Shown here piece by piece: positions 54,137 through 64,000 of a DNA stretch of 64,000 nucleotides (the first letter of the stretch is position 1; every line of letters starts with the position of its first letter). The notes beneath the pieces are model-generated. The model was not told the origin of the DNA. It was given only the letters and a program-made list of their open reading frames with translations, and made no database searches. The stretch is from Cyanobacteria bacterium P01_A01_bin.123 (GTDB taxonomy: Bacteria; Cyanobacteriota; Cyanobacteriia; Phormidesmidales; Phormidesmidaceae), in contig JBCBZT010000011.1 in the NCBI GenBank assembly GCA_039815185.1, forward strand, positions 96,001 to 160,000. The letters run 5' to 3'. A program made the position numbers and the translations under genes.

Positions 54137-54616
54137 ATGACCACCTATTACCAAATTCGTTGCGCCCAGGGTAATTCAATATACGCAGGTAATGGCACTT
54201 TTGTTAAAGAGCCAGAATGATTGAAGGGTTCCTTCTTTTCAAACATTTCTGCTGCTAGTTTAGCTGCTGAAAAACTTAACGAGCAAGGCTATGGCAATGG
54301 CCAATGCTCAGCAGTTGTTCGTAGAATTGGTTGGTTCTCTGACCCAGTTTCTGGTGTTTTGAATTTTGATCATTCTGAAAGAGATAACTTTGTAGAAACG
54401 AGTAGCATTAAAGACTCTGTTAGCAAACTTGCAGAAGAAACCAATAAAAATCTGATATTCAACCCTGATCATCCTGCAACAACGCTATGCGTGATTTCGT
54501 GGAATGACTGTGCTCATCCCCATGAAAGGAATACAGTCACACTAAGGCAAGGAGAGACTTTTTACTACCATGATTGGGATGGCAGTAAATGTGTTTTCAG
54601 AACCTATGACTGTTGA
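54137..54616 (+). pseudogene. AT-rich hypothetical gene with one in-frame TGA
   Basis: GAGG RBS + ATG 54137 in frame with ORF 54221-54616, interrupted by TGA 54218-54220. Confidence 0.55.
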
Positions 54617-54770
54617 TGTCAGTTTTTCATGCTGCAAAAATAATTTCAGAGCGCCAATCTCACGCTGGCCAGATTGCTTAATACCCTGAGCGTTACTGGG
54701 ATGCTGAGCATACAGGCAATCTGGCTTGCAGTATCCGCAAAGCTGTGTAGCGACACTACTATATTCCTCT

Positions 54771-54801
54771 TCACAAGTTCCTCACGCTTTTGATTTACAA
54801 C
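54771..54801 (+). promoter_or_regulatory. island box + -10-like (CBS-hoxH)
   Basis: TCACAAGTTCCTCA (54771-54784), 11 nt, TACAAC. Confidence 0.8.
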
Positions 54802-54863
54802 TGGTTTGTCCATAGCAATAGTGCATCTATTGCCAATAGTTCGATTTACCAGGGAGTTTGATC

Positions 54864-55292
54864 ATGTTAACCGTCAGAGACATTATGACTCGATCCGTGG
54901 TGATGATTCGCAGTTCAGCCACGGTTGAGAATGCGATTTGGCTCATGCAGGCTAAGGGGGTGCGATCGCTGATTGTAGATAAATGTCATGCCGAAGGTTC
55001 CTACGGCATCGTCACCGAGAAAGACATTGTTTATAACGTGATTGCTCGGGGAGAAGACCCCACCCATGTTCGGGTTCTCAGTATTATGCGGCAACCCTGT
55101 ATTCAGATTCCGATTAGCGCCACCGTACAGGAAGCAGCACAAATTCTTGCAGATGCTGGGATTCATAGGGCTCCGGTAATTGAGAATCATGACCTATTGG
55201 GTATCGTCTCCGTAACCGATATTTTGACGAAGGGCAGTTCTGTTAACCCACCGCAGGATGACCTTGCCTCAATGGATTTGAACATGGTCTAA
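54864..55292 (+). CDS. CBS-domain pair protein
   Basis: TVRDIMT, YGIVTEKDI, HRAPV, LLGIVSVTDIL. Confidence 0.9.
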   Translation: MLTVRDIMTRSVVMIRSSATVENAIWLMQAKGVRSLIVDKCHAEGSYGIVTEKDIVYNVIARGEDPTHVRVLSIMRQPCIQIPISATVQEAAQILADAGIHRAPVIENHDLLGIVSVTDILTKGSSVNPPQDDLASMDLNMV

Positions 55293-55316
55293 CACAGCCA
55301 AGGAAAAACAATTTTC

Positions 55317-56756
55317 GTGAACAGAATCGTTATTGATCCGGTGACTCGGATTGAGGGCCACGCCAAAATCTCCATCTACCTCGACGACCAAGGTGAAGTT
55401 GCCGATGCCCAGTTTCACGTTACCGAATTCCGCGGATTTGAGAAGTTTTGTGAGGGGCGGCCCTTCTGGGAAATGCCAGCCATTACCGCCCGCATCTGCG
55501 GTATTTGCCCAGTTAGTCATCTGCTGGCTTCGGCTAAAGCGGGCGATCGCCTTTTGGCCGTACAAATTCCCCCAGTAGCAGAAAAGCTGCGGCGGCTGAT
55601 GAACTTGGGGCAAATTATTCAATCCCACGCCTTGAGCTTTTTTCATCTCAGCAGCCCAGATTTGCTGCTGGGTTGGGAGAGTGACCCAGCCGAGCGCAAT
55701 CTCTTTGGCCTGATGGTAGTGGAACCAGAACTGGCTCGGGGTGGCATTCATCTGCGCCAGTTTGGGCAATTGGTGATCGAACAGTTGGGCGGGCGTAAAA
55801 TTCACCCGTCATGGGCAGTGCCCGGTGGCGTCCGATCTGCCCTGTCTAAAACTGGGTGTGATGATATTTACGCGCATCTGCCCCAAGCCAAAGCTATCAT
55901 TTTGGCCACCCTGGATCGGTTTAAGCACTTGCTTGATGGTTTTCAACAGGAAACCCATATCTTCGGTAACTTTCCCAGCCTATTTATGGGGCTGGTAGCT
56001 GATGATGGAACTTGGGAGCACTACGATGGCCATCTGCGCTTTGTCGATAGCGGCGGCAACATTATCGCCGACCGACTCGATCCTAGCCACTACCAGCAGT
56101 TTATTGGTGAGGCGGTACAGCCAGATTCCTACCTAAAATCACCCTACTACAGACCATTAGGCTATCCCGACCAAGCCCAGCACTGTCGTTTGGAGAGTGG
56201 CCTGTATCGGGTCGGGCCGTTGGCGCGGCTGAATATCTGCGATCGCACCGGCACGCCCTTAGCCGACAGGGAATTCCGAATTTTCCGTCAACACGGCACG
56301 GTGAACAGCTCCTTTTTCTATCACTACGCCCGCCTGATCGAAATTCTCACCTGTATCGAGCGAATTGAAACCGCCCTACATGATCCAGACTTGCGGGGTG
56401 ACCCTTTGCGATCGCGAGCTGATGTCAATCAACGCGAAGCCATTGGCGTGGGGGAAGCCCCCCGAGGCACGCTATTTCACCACTACAAAATCGACGAAAC
56501 TGGTCTGCTCACCCAGGTCAACCTAATTATTGCCACCGGCCAAAACAACCTGGCCATGAACCGGACGGTTGCTCAAATTGCTCGCCACTATATTCACGGC
56601 CTAGAAATTCCAGAGCGTATGCTCAACCGCGTAGAAGCAGGCATTCGCGCCTTTGACCCCTGCCTCAGCTGTTCTACCCATGCTGCTGGACAGATGCCTT
56701 TGCACCTGCAACTGATTGGGGCCGATGGTCAGGTGTTGCATCAGGTGTATCGGTAA
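55317..56756 (+). CDS. hoxH: bidirectional NiFe hydrogenase large subunit HoxH
   Basis: [25 protein letters not shown] plus cleavable C-terminal tail. Confidence 0.97.
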   Translation: MNRIVIDPVTRIEGHAKISIYLDDQGEVADAQFHVTEFRGFEKFCEGRPFWEMPAITARICGICPVSHLLASAKAGDRLLAVQIPPVAEKLRRLMNLGQIIQSHALSFFHLSSPDLLLGWESDPAERNLFGLMVVEPELARGGIHLRQFGQLVIEQLGGRKIHPSWAVPGGVRSALSKTGCDDIYAHLPQAKAIILATLDRFKHLLDGFQQETHIFGNFPSLFMGLVADDGTWEHYDGHLRFVDSGGNIIADRLDPSHYQQFIGEAVQPDSYLKSPYYRPLGYPDQAQHCRLESGLYRVGPLARLNICDRTGTPLADREFRIFRQHGTVNSSFFYHYARLIEILTCIERIETALHDPDLRGDPLRSRADVNQREAIGVGEAPRGTLFHHYKIDETGLLTQVNLIIATGQNNLAMNRTVAQIARHYIHGLEIPERMLNRVEAGIRAFDPCLSCSTHAAGQMPLHLQLIGADGQVLHQVYR

Positions 56757-56760
56757 AGCC

Positions 56761-56791
56761 TCACAAAATCCTCAACTCTACTCCCTAGGCT
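56761..56791 (+). promoter_or_regulatory. island box + -10 (hoxW-hypAB)
   Basis: TCACAAAATCCTCA (56761-56774), 11 nt, TAGGCT (56786-56791). Confidence 0.85.
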
Positions 56792-56831
56792 TAAAGGTGA
56801 ATACCTCTATCCCCAAGGAGACTTACCCCTA

Positions 56832-57362
56832 ATGCTTGCTTCCCCAAAAACTCAGGTCTCTACCCAATACGACTTTTTGATCATTGGTTACGGCAGCGAA
56901 CTACGAGGGGATGATGCCGTGGGTCCTCGGGTTGCGATGGCTGTGGCTGAATGGCAACTCCCGTCAGTTAAATCGCTGGCAGTTCACCAGCTGACACCAG
57001 AACTGACCGCCGATATGGCCCAAGCCCACTACGTGATTTTTGTGGATGCCTGCGGTAGAAGCTGCGCCCAAACGATTCAAATCGATCCGATTGGGGTTAG
57101 CAAATCGACATCTGATGTTATCCCCGCTGGGACTCACAGCAATACCCCCTCGGTCTTACTCAGCCTGACCCAGCAGCTCTACGGTCACCATCCCCAGGGC
57201 TGGCTGCTGCAAGTTTCCACTGAATGTTTTGATTTGGGTAGTCAGCTTTCTTCAACGGCTTGTCAAGGTTGCGATCGCGCCCTCAGAACCATTGAACAGT
57301 TCTTCAAAACCTATCGACGGCCATTCTTAATGGGCCAAGCATCATGCATGAAATCAGCCTGA
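56832..57362 (+). CDS. hoxW: hydrogenase maturation protease
   Basis: IIGYGSELRGDDAVG, HQLTPEL (HoxW-type), IFVDA. Confidence 0.92.
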   Translation: MLASPKTQVSTQYDFLIIGYGSELRGDDAVGPRVAMAVAEWQLPSVKSLAVHQLTPELTADMAQAHYVIFVDACGRSCAQTIQIDPIGVSKSTSDVIPAGTHSNTPSVLLSLTQQLYGHHPQGWLLQVSTECFDLGSQLSSTACQGCDRALRTIEQFFKTYRRPFLMGQASCMKSA

Positions 57363-57685
57363 TGCAGGCAGCGCTATCTGTCGCGATAGATCATGCCAAA
57401 GCAAACGGAGCCAGCAGAATCCACCGGATTCAACTGCAGGTCGGCGCGTTATCCGGCGTGGTACCTGATGCATTGGATTTTGCTTTTGATGTCGTTAGCG
57501 CTGGCACCCTGGCAGAAGACGCTGAGCTAAAGCTAGAAACCATCCCCACCTTGTGTTACTGCGCCCATTGTCAGCAAACCTTTCAGCCATCAGGCTGGGT
57601 TTATGACTGTCCTCATTGCCATCAGCTCAGCACTGATATTCGCCAGGGTCAAGACTTAGAACTCACATCGCTGGAGGTTTCGTGA
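57344..57685 (+). CDS. hypA: hydrogenase nickel metallochaperone HypA
   Basis: MHEISL, CxxC..CPxC. Confidence 0.96.
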   Translation: MHEISLMQAALSVAIDHAKANGASRIHRIQLQVGALSGVVPDALDFAFDVVSAGTLAEDAELKLETIPTLCYCAHCQQTFQPSGWVYDCPHCHQLSTDIRQGQDLELTSLEVS

Positions 57686-57686
57686 C

Positions 57687-58457
57687 ATGTGTGGAAACTG
57701 TGGATGCCAAACTGATCAATCACCGTCAATGGAAATTGATGCTCGACAGATCCTGCATTTACATCAAAACGTGCGGGCTAAAAATGACCAGTATGCAGTG
57801 CAAAATCGGGTTTTGTTCCGCCACCTGTTAGCGCTGAATGTGCTGGCTTCCCCTGGTGCAGGCAAAACTGCGTTAGTTCAGCGCCTGCTGCAAGATCTGC
57901 ATCTGATTTCGGGGGCTGACCCACTGCATAGTCGAGATGTGCCAATACGGGCTGGGGCGATTGTCGGCGATCTTGCCACCGATCGCGATGCTAAGCGATT
58001 GCGCCAAACCGGAATTCCAGTCGTGCAAATTACGACGGATAATCTCTGCCATTTAGATGCCCACAGCATCGCCCAAGCCGCCCAAAAGCTCGATCTCGCC
58101 AACCTCGATCTATTGATTATTGAAAACGTGGGTAACCTGGTCTGTCCTGCTGCCTACGACCTGGGAGAAGACCTCCGCATTGTGCTGATGTCGGTTACCG
58201 AGGGAGAAGATAAACCACTGAAATATCCCACCATGTTCAAGTCGGCCCACGCAGTCGTGATCAGCAAAATCGACCTCAGCGAGGTCGTCGGGTTCAAGCG
58301 GGATGAAGCCCTGCATCACCTGAGTTTGGTTGCACCCCAGGCGCTAATTTTTGAGCTTTCTGCTGTCACGGGTCAGGGATTGGCAAATTTTTACGCCTAT
58401 CTAGGACAGGAGATCTTTCAATGTCAGGCGAAGCAGGATCCGGTTCCAGCGTCATAA
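57687..58457 (+). CDS. hypB: hydrogenase nickel-insertion GTPase HypB
   Basis: MCGNCGC, SPGAGKT, CHLDA, ENVGNLVCP, EGEDKPLKYP. Confidence 0.96.
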   Translation: MCGNCGCQTDQSPSMEIDARQILHLHQNVRAKNDQYAVQNRVLFRHLLALNVLASPGAGKTALVQRLLQDLHLISGADPLHSRDVPIRAGAIVGDLATDRDAKRLRQTGIPVVQITTDNLCHLDAHSIAQAAQKLDLANLDLLIIENVGNLVCPAAYDLGEDLRIVLMSVTEGEDKPLKYPTMFKSAHAVVISKIDLSEVVGFKRDEALHHLSLVAPQALIFELSAVTGQGLANFYAYLGQEIFQCQAKQDPVPAS

Positions 58458-58482
58458 CTTCCTCAAACTCTTCGCTTATTCT
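58452..58482 (+). promoter_or_regulatory. island box + -10 (kinase-hypF-hypC)
   Basis: TCATAACTTCCTCA (58452-58465), 11 nt, TATTCT (58477-58482); contains hypB stop. Confidence 0.85.
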
Positions 58483-58518
58483 CAAAATTGAGACCATTTC
58501 TTCATCGGAAGGAGGAAG

Positions 58519-59001
58519 ATGGAACTTCGATTAGTTGACATCAAGCTGCCCCCTGAGAGCAACCTGATTTTGGGCCAGAGCCACTTCATTAAAACGGTGG
58601 AAGACCTTTACGAGGTGATGGTCAATGCCTCTGCCCAGCTTCAATTTGGGCTGGCGTTTTGTGAAGCCTCTGGCCCTTGTCTGATTCGAGCGGCAGGTAA
58701 CAACGAGGTGCTCCAAACCGCAGCGGTCGAAAATGCAGAGGCGATCGCCGCGGGTCACAGTTTCATCATTTTGATGAAGCAGGGGTTTCCAGTGAATGTG
58801 CTCAACGCTATCAAGCAGTGTCCAGAAGTTTGCCGCATTTATTGTGCGACGGCTAATCCGGTACAGGTGGTGGTTGCCGCTAGTGATCAAGGACGCGGCA
58901 TTTTGGGGGTAATTGATGGTGCTGCACCGGTGGGAGTTGAAGGAGCCGAGGACGTTGCTGAACGCCAACGGTTCTTACGACAAATTGGCTATAAGCTTTG
59001 A
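58519..59001 (+). CDS. adenosine-specific kinase family protein
   Basis: NLILGQSHFIKTVEDL, FCEASG, CATANP, GRGILGVIDG, IGYKL. Confidence 0.9.
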   Translation: MELRLVDIKLPPESNLILGQSHFIKTVEDLYEVMVNASAQLQFGLAFCEASGPCLIRAAGNNEVLQTAAVENAEAIAAGHSFIILMKQGFPVNVLNAIKQCPEVCRIYCATANPVQVVVAASDQGRGILGVIDGAAPVGVEGAEDVAERQRFLRQIGYKL

Positions 59002-59007
59002 TTTGTC

Positions 59008-61317
59008 ATGGCAATCGCATCCCCAACTCAACATCGAAATCGTCTGACCTTACAGGGAACCGTGCAAGGCGTCGGATTTCGTCCCTTCGTGTATCGGTTG
59101 GCAACGATGCTGGAGCTCGTTGGTGGAATTAAGAATACGTCCCAGGGGGTGGTCATTGAGATTGAAGGTTCCGAAAAAAAATTAGAGTCGTTTCGGCAGA
59201 GGCTCCTGCAGGAGCTACCACCCCACGCCACCATTCAGACACTAACGCGACAGGAGTTGCCCACCCAGGGGTTCAGTCAGTTTCAGATCTGGTCTTCTGA
59301 GACTAATGGGGATGAGTGCAAGGTGCAGATTCTCCCAGATCTGGCCACCTGCCCCGAGTGTTTGCAGGATATCTGCAGGGCTGATAATCGCCGCTACGGA
59401 TATGCATTTACCAACTGTACCCACTGCGGCCCCCGCTTTAGCATTATCACGGCGTTGCCCTATGATCGCCCACACACAACGATGGCAGCCTTTTCAATGT
59501 GTTCAGACTGTCAGGCAGAATATGCCGACCCTCGCGATCGTCGTTTTCACGCCCAGCCTAATGCTTGCTCCAAATGTGGGCCACAGCTAATCAACCGGGT
59601 TTCTTCTCATATTCATCTAGCGGACTGTCAAGTCCGCGATCGCGCGATCGCGGCCCTCCAGCAAGGCAAAATTGTTGCCCTCAAAGGACTTGGCGGTTTT
59701 CAACTGCTGGTAGACGCCCAGAATCCCGCTGCGGTTAACCACCTGCGACAACGCAAGGGGCGGCCAGATAAGCCGCTGGCGCTGATGTATCCAACGTTGG
59801 CGCAGGTACGTTGTGACTGTCTTGTATCAGAGACAGCGGCAACAGTACTAACCTCGGCCCAAGCCCCGATTGTGCTGCTGCCGCAACGCGCTGATGGCTC
59901 CGCCCTAGCAGATGGTATTGCACCGAAAAATCCCTATTTGGGCGTCATGTTGCCAACGACGCCACTCCATCATCTGCTTCTACGGCAATACGGTTCACCC
60001 CTAGTCACCACGAGCGGCAACCGTTCGGGTGAACCCATTTGCATTGATGAGCAAGAAGCCCACGAGCGGCTTAACTCGATCGCAGATGAATTTTTAAGCC
60101 ACAACCGCCCTATCCAACGCCCCGTTGACGATAGTGTCGTGCAAATCATACAGGGGCGGCCTCAAATTTTGCGCCACGCCCGGGGCTACGCACCGCAGGC
60201 AATTCAGCTTGCTCATCCGATGGCTGCCGATACTCGAATTTTAGCTGTCGGTGCCCATCTCAAGAATGCAATTGCCTTATCCCTAGACGATCAGGTGGTG
60301 CTCAGCCAGCACATTGGTGATTTGGATACCCCACAGGCGATCGCGCAGTTGCAGCAAACCGTCACTGATTTCCTTGCCCTCTATGCTTGTCAGCCGACCG
60401 CCATTGCCTGCGATCGCCATCCAGACTATGGTTCAACTCAACTTGCCCGGACCTTAGCCCAGCAATGGGATATACCTCTGATTCCTGTACAGCATCACTA
60501 CGCCCATGCATTGGCGAGCATGGTTGAACATCAGCTGTCTGCACCCGTCCTTGGTATTGCCTGGGATGGCACGGGCTATGGCTTAGATCAAACCGTTTGG
60601 GGGGGAGAATTTCTGTGGATTACGGAGCAGGGCTTTGAACGGGTCGCTCACTTGTTGCCCTTTCCCCTGCCGGGAGGAGATGCATGCAGCCGAGAACCCC
60701 GACGGTCAGCCCTCGGCCTACTTTACCGCTGTTATGGTCAAGCCGCTTTTGAGATGACGGATTTGGCTCCTGTTCAGGCCTTTACAGCGACCCAGCGCCT
60801 TGTCTTGCAACAAATGCTCAGCGGCGGGATCAACACGCCAATGAGTTCTAGCATGGGGCGGCTATTTGATGGCATTGCAGCGCTGCTTAATTCGCATCAG
60901 TTGGTCAGCTTTGAAGGCCAAGCGGCAATGGCGCTAGAGTTTGCGATCGCCGAAACGACCATTGAACAGGGCTATCCGTTTACGATTACTGGAATTCAGC
61001 CTTACCTGATTGACTGGCGACCGATGGTGCAAGCTATCGTATGTGACCATCGCCAGGGAATACAAACAGCCGCCATCTCGGCTAAGTTTCATCGCACCTT
61101 GTTAAACATCATGCTTGCGATCGCCCAACGCATCAACATTCCTCAAATTGTACTGACTGGCGGCTGTTTCCAAAACCGACACCTTAGCGAGCAGGCGATT
61201 CAACACCTCGGTGTCGAAGGCTTTATCCCCTACTGGCACCAGCGGATCCCTCCCAATGACGGCGGTATTGCCGTGGGGCAAGTGCTTGCTGCTTTACGCC
61301 ATCTTACTCACACCTAG
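59008..61317 (+). CDS. hypF: carbamoyltransferase HypF
   Basis: GTVQGVGFRPF, two CxxC-x18-CxxC fingers, QHHYAH, PPNDGGIAVGQ. Confidence 0.97.
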   Translation: MAIASPTQHRNRLTLQGTVQGVGFRPFVYRLATMLELVGGIKNTSQGVVIEIEGSEKKLESFRQRLLQELPPHATIQTLTRQELPTQGFSQFQIWSSETNGDECKVQILPDLATCPECLQDICRADNRRYGYAFTNCTHCGPRFSIITALPYDRPHTTMAAFSMCSDCQAEYADPRDRRFHAQPNACSKCGPQLINRVSSHIHLADCQVRDRAIAALQQGKIVALKGLGGFQLLVDAQNPAAVNHLRQRKGRPDKPLALMYPTLAQVRCDCLVSETAATVLTSAQAPIVLLPQRADGSALADGIAPKNPYLGVMLPTTPLHHLLLRQYGSPLVTTSGNRSGEPICIDEQEAHERLNSIADEFLSHNRPIQRPVDDSVVQIIQGRPQILRHARGYAPQAIQLAHPMAADTRILAVGAHLKNAIALSLDDQVVLSQHIGDLDTPQAIAQLQQTVTDFLALYACQPTAIACDRHPDYGSTQLARTLAQQWDIPLIPVQHHYAHALASMVEHQLSAPVLGIAWDGTGYGLDQTVWGGEFLWITEQGFERVAHLLPFPLPGGDACSREPRRSALGLLYRCYGQAAFEMTDLAPVQAFTATQRLVLQQMLSGGINTPMSSSMGRLFDGIAALLNSHQLVSFEGQAAMALEFAIAETTIEQGYPFTITGIQPYLIDWRPMVQAIVCDHRQGIQTAAISAKFHRTLLNIMLAIAQRINIPQIVLTGGCFQNRHLSEQAIQHLGVEGFIPYWHQRIPPNDGGIAVGQVLAALRHLTHT

Positions 61318-61327
61318 GAGCTAAACC

Positions 61328-61633
61328 ATGTGCCTTGCGGTACCGGGAAAAATCATCAGTATTGAAGGAAAAGACTTGGCGTTTAGAGGCCGAGTCAGCT
61401 TCGGTGGTGTGGTTAAAGAAGTCAGTCTGGCCTATGTGCCGGAAGCTCGGGTAGATGATTATGTTGTGGTTCATGTGGGCTTTGCGATTAGCAAGCTCGA
61501 CACCGATGAGGCGGAACAGACACTTCATTACCTCGAACAGATTGTGAATAACATTGACTCAACAGAGCGTCATAGTAGAGTCGCAGCTCGCTCCGCTAGT
61601 TTAGATCGCTCCCCTTTGAGCAAGGTCATATGA
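61328..61633 (+). CDS. hypC: hydrogenase chaperone HypC
   Basis: [18 protein letters not shown]-terminus runs into the convergent phoH remnant. Confidence 0.95.
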   Translation: MCLAVPGKIISIEGKDLAFRGRVSFGGVVKEVSLAYVPEARVDDYVVVHVGFAISKLDTDEAEQTLHYLEQIVNNIDSTERHSRVAARSASLDRSPLSKVI

Positions 61634-62048
61634 CCGCCTAAGGGGTCTGCTTTAAATCGTTCGACGACATAGGTCAGCCCATTACTGGCAGCATCCAGAT
61701 AGGGGCTATCAATCTGATCTATATCCCCAGTTAGCACAATCTTTGTTCCCTCTCCGGCCCGCGTCAGGATTGTCTTGACCTCATGAGGGGTTAGGTTTTG
61801 GGCTTCATCGATGATCAAAAATTGGTTGGGAATACTGCGCCCGCGAATATAGGTCAGGGGTTCAATTTGGAGTAATCCCATTTCTAGTAGTTCTTCGTGT
61901 CCCCACCCACCATTTCGGGCTGTTTCTTGAACCGATCGAGTTCTTCAACCACCGTGATGGGCAGAACCACGTCGTTATCTTCAAATCGCAGCATGGCCTG
62001 GGGGTCATGCAGCAACACATTCGTATCTAAGATAAAGATCTTTTTCAT
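61570..62048 (-). pseudogene. PIN-PhoH (PhoH2-like) gene with large internal deletion
   Basis: [26 protein letters not shown] (PIN start, 62048) joined out of frame near 61905 to PhoH C-terminus [23 protein letters not shown]. Confidence 0.85.
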
Positions 62049-62159
62049 GTATGTTTCGACCGTTGCTCTATTCTCGACGCAGAGGATTTCGTGGCTTTGT
62101 TAAGCAATAACGGTAGCAGCGCGGCAACAACAATCACCAGGTAGTCCATTCCTTTGAGG

Positions 62160-62545
62160 GGTTCTGTCGCAAACAGCAGGTAAAGCTGTAGCAATCCCAT
62201 AATATATTTCAGATGTTACGCTGCTAGGTCAAAGATGCGATGAATGAAAGAGAGCTGCCCTGCCCTGCGATGTCGTTACGCTTGACATCTTGGAGCTGAC
62301 CTTTATGAATCATGGCCATCGCCTCATCCGCCTTGAAGGGTACGCCTAGCTCTGTGGAATGAGCCAAAGCCTAACCCTGACTTGACTGAGCGTTTGATGT
62401 TGCGATGGTCTTGCTCCGCAAGATTGTTGAGATGTTTGTTTTGTCGGAATTCAGTTGCCACGAGCAATTCTCCCTCGCACTTGAGTTCCTCGACTACGGC
62501 GGGATAAGCGGCATGTTTATTGACATTGATTACACGCGGGTGCCA
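62160..62545 (-). mobile_element. IS6-family remnant
   Basis: PRVINVNKHAAY..NNLAEQDHRNIKR..GFGSF IS6 transposase C-terminal part; end sequence GGTTCTGTCGCAAA at 62160. Confidence 0.8.
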
Positions 62546-62802
62546 TGCCAACGGGCGAAGAGGGGTACTTTGCTGGGCTGTACTGATAAGTCCCCCTTAC
62601 CATATAGCCCCACATAAGGCTGCCCATCTTGAAGCTGCTGCATGCAAATGGGACGGAAAGCTATTGTGTGGTCATTGCTGTAGTTAACGTCGCATTCCCC
62701 CGGCGGATGCGCGAATTGTGCCACTCGAATGTTGTCCCAGTGGTGAGTTTGGTCAGTTGGGCTTGGGGAATGGGGTGAGCTGATTGGACGGGTTGCTGGC
62801 AT
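62545..62802 (-). pseudogene. N-terminal fragment of AraC-family regulator
   Basis: WDNIRVAQFAHPPGE..HTI..DGQPY.G...GDLSVQP..LFARW typical of cyanobacterial AraC N-termini; HTH absent, abuts the IS6 remnant. Confidence 0.55.
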
Positions 62803-63151
62803 TGTGTCAAGTCTATGCAGACTAATCCGATTCTAGTCACGTCGTACTGGGCGATTCAAAGCTCTGCCACATTCCGAAATCTTTCTGATATGACACTTAC
62901 AATTAGATGATGCTCACTTTTCATTTGGGGGATGGTTATACTGAATTTTTCTACCTAACTACCCATATAACATTAGGCTGATAATTTTCTACCTAATCAC
63001 CTCTAGAAGGGTATTAGGTTGTAGTTAGACAGCTTTCGTTAGAGATGTAACAGCTCTGGAATTTTGAGTCAGTGTATTTATCCAGTTAAAATATTTGTTC
63101 CTGGAGAATATCCCAGCTTAGGAAATGGTTGCACTTAATTTATAGGCTAAC

Positions 63152-63679
63152 ATGAAAAAACCAAGTCATCAAATCTTAATCACACGCTTTTTATGGATTA
63201 TTTCAGGTTTTCTTGCCCTTGGCACATTCCTCGACGCAGTTGCTAATGCTATCAGCTTAATTACACTTCCCATTGCATTATTTGGAACAGCTCTTATTGT
63301 AGTTTCGTTATTTTCTGTACAGTTTTATTTGAGCCGAAACCCTTTAAGCTGGGTAGCGAACGGGTCATCTGTCAAAATTTCTAAACTGAATTTAGGCTTA
63401 GTATTACCTTGCCTGGGAATGCTTGTGTTGCTTTGGATTCCTCCGATATTTAATGATGGTTCCAAATCTCAATCGACACAACTTTCTGTTCCATGTGTAA
63501 ATGGGAGTGGCTCAGGCGGATGGATGTATGAGGACTTGCCTACTCACTATTTCCCTTTGGGCTTAATTACTGTCAACGAGTGGCCATTACGCTCGATCCC
63601 AGATCACCCAATGTATGATACAAATGCTTCATGGAGTACCTATGGAACTTGTATCATTATTCCGGCTAAATACCCATAA
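63152..63679 (+). CDS. AT-rich hypothetical membrane protein
   Basis: About three TM helices; no recognised family. Confidence 0.55.
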   Translation: MKKPSHQILITRFLWIISGFLALGTFLDAVANAISLITLPIALFGTALIVVSLFSVQFYLSRNPLSWVANGSSVKISKLNLGLVLPCLGMLVLLWIPPIFNDGSKSQSTQLSVPCVNGSGSGGWMYEDLPTHYFPLGLITVNEWPLRSIPDHPMYDTNASWSTYGTCIIIPAKYP

Positions 63680-64000
63680 TCTGTTGTAGGCATCCAATAT
63701 CAACCTTTAAAGCTAGCAAGTGGTGTAAAAAATGACCTTTCAGGTTCTTCTAGCAGCAGCCAAAATTCTTAGCACGATCGCTTTCGTTGAGTAGAGTAAG
63801 TCGCACCGATCAATTCAAATATTCCAAAATATTGCAAACATTTCCAGTCCAGTTCCACCACCCTTATCTAATAGATAAACACCATTTTTAACAGATTTAT
63901 GCAAGTGCGAATCCATATTTTAGCACTCTGCATTAAGTTACTTTACAGTTGCTATTAAGGCTGTGGTTTAGAGTTGATAGTTAAGGTAACTAAAACCCAG

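Noticed and set aside
58531..58968. Long antisense or nested ORFs (e.g. 58531-58968, 55269-55805, 15058-15867, 43227-43902)
   Set aside because: Shadows of well-supported genes on the other strand, with no motifs of their own.
62944..63030. Two imperfect repeats TTCTACCTAA...ATTAGG as integron attC or recombination sites
   Set aside because: Too short for attC, only two copies, no integrase seen; cannot be supported.

Overview
Cyanobacterial DNA (HIP1 octamer GCGATCGC is frequent throughout; psbU remnant; cyanobacterial-type hox genes). Most of the window (about 1.8-61.6 kb) is an anoxia/dark-fermentation energy island. It holds pyruvate:ferredoxin oxidoreductase (nifJ), a DHOD-like protein and two PfkA; the full bidirectional NiFe hydrogenase hoxEFUYH plus hoxW and all six hyp genes in three places; a complete N-type (probably Na+) ATPase operon atpDCQRBEFAG; two USPs, Hsp20, a CBS protein, FtsH, a persulfide dioxygenase-like protein and an orphan pstB; and a four-gene fatty-acid beta-oxidation operon with two upstream lipase-like hydrolases. 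The main hidden signal is a repeated promoter. I found 20 intergenic copies of the direct-repeat box YCAYAANWTYCTCA (7-4-7 geometry NYYTCAY-N4-TCCTCAW). In 15 copies it sits exactly 11 nt upstream of a TAnnnT -10 hexamer, and in 3 more TA starts at that same position. This is PhoB/OmpR class-II activator geometry and suggests one island-wide regulon whose DNA-binding regulator I could not find in this window. The island also carries many decayed genes (psbU, a second hoxW, an RND adaptor, PIN-PhoH and others), an IF7-like tandem-module protein in front of the ATPase genes, and a four-helix-bundle gene inserted backwards into the fad operon. The right end has IS6 and AraC remnants. All calls come from reading motifs by eye; no searches were run.
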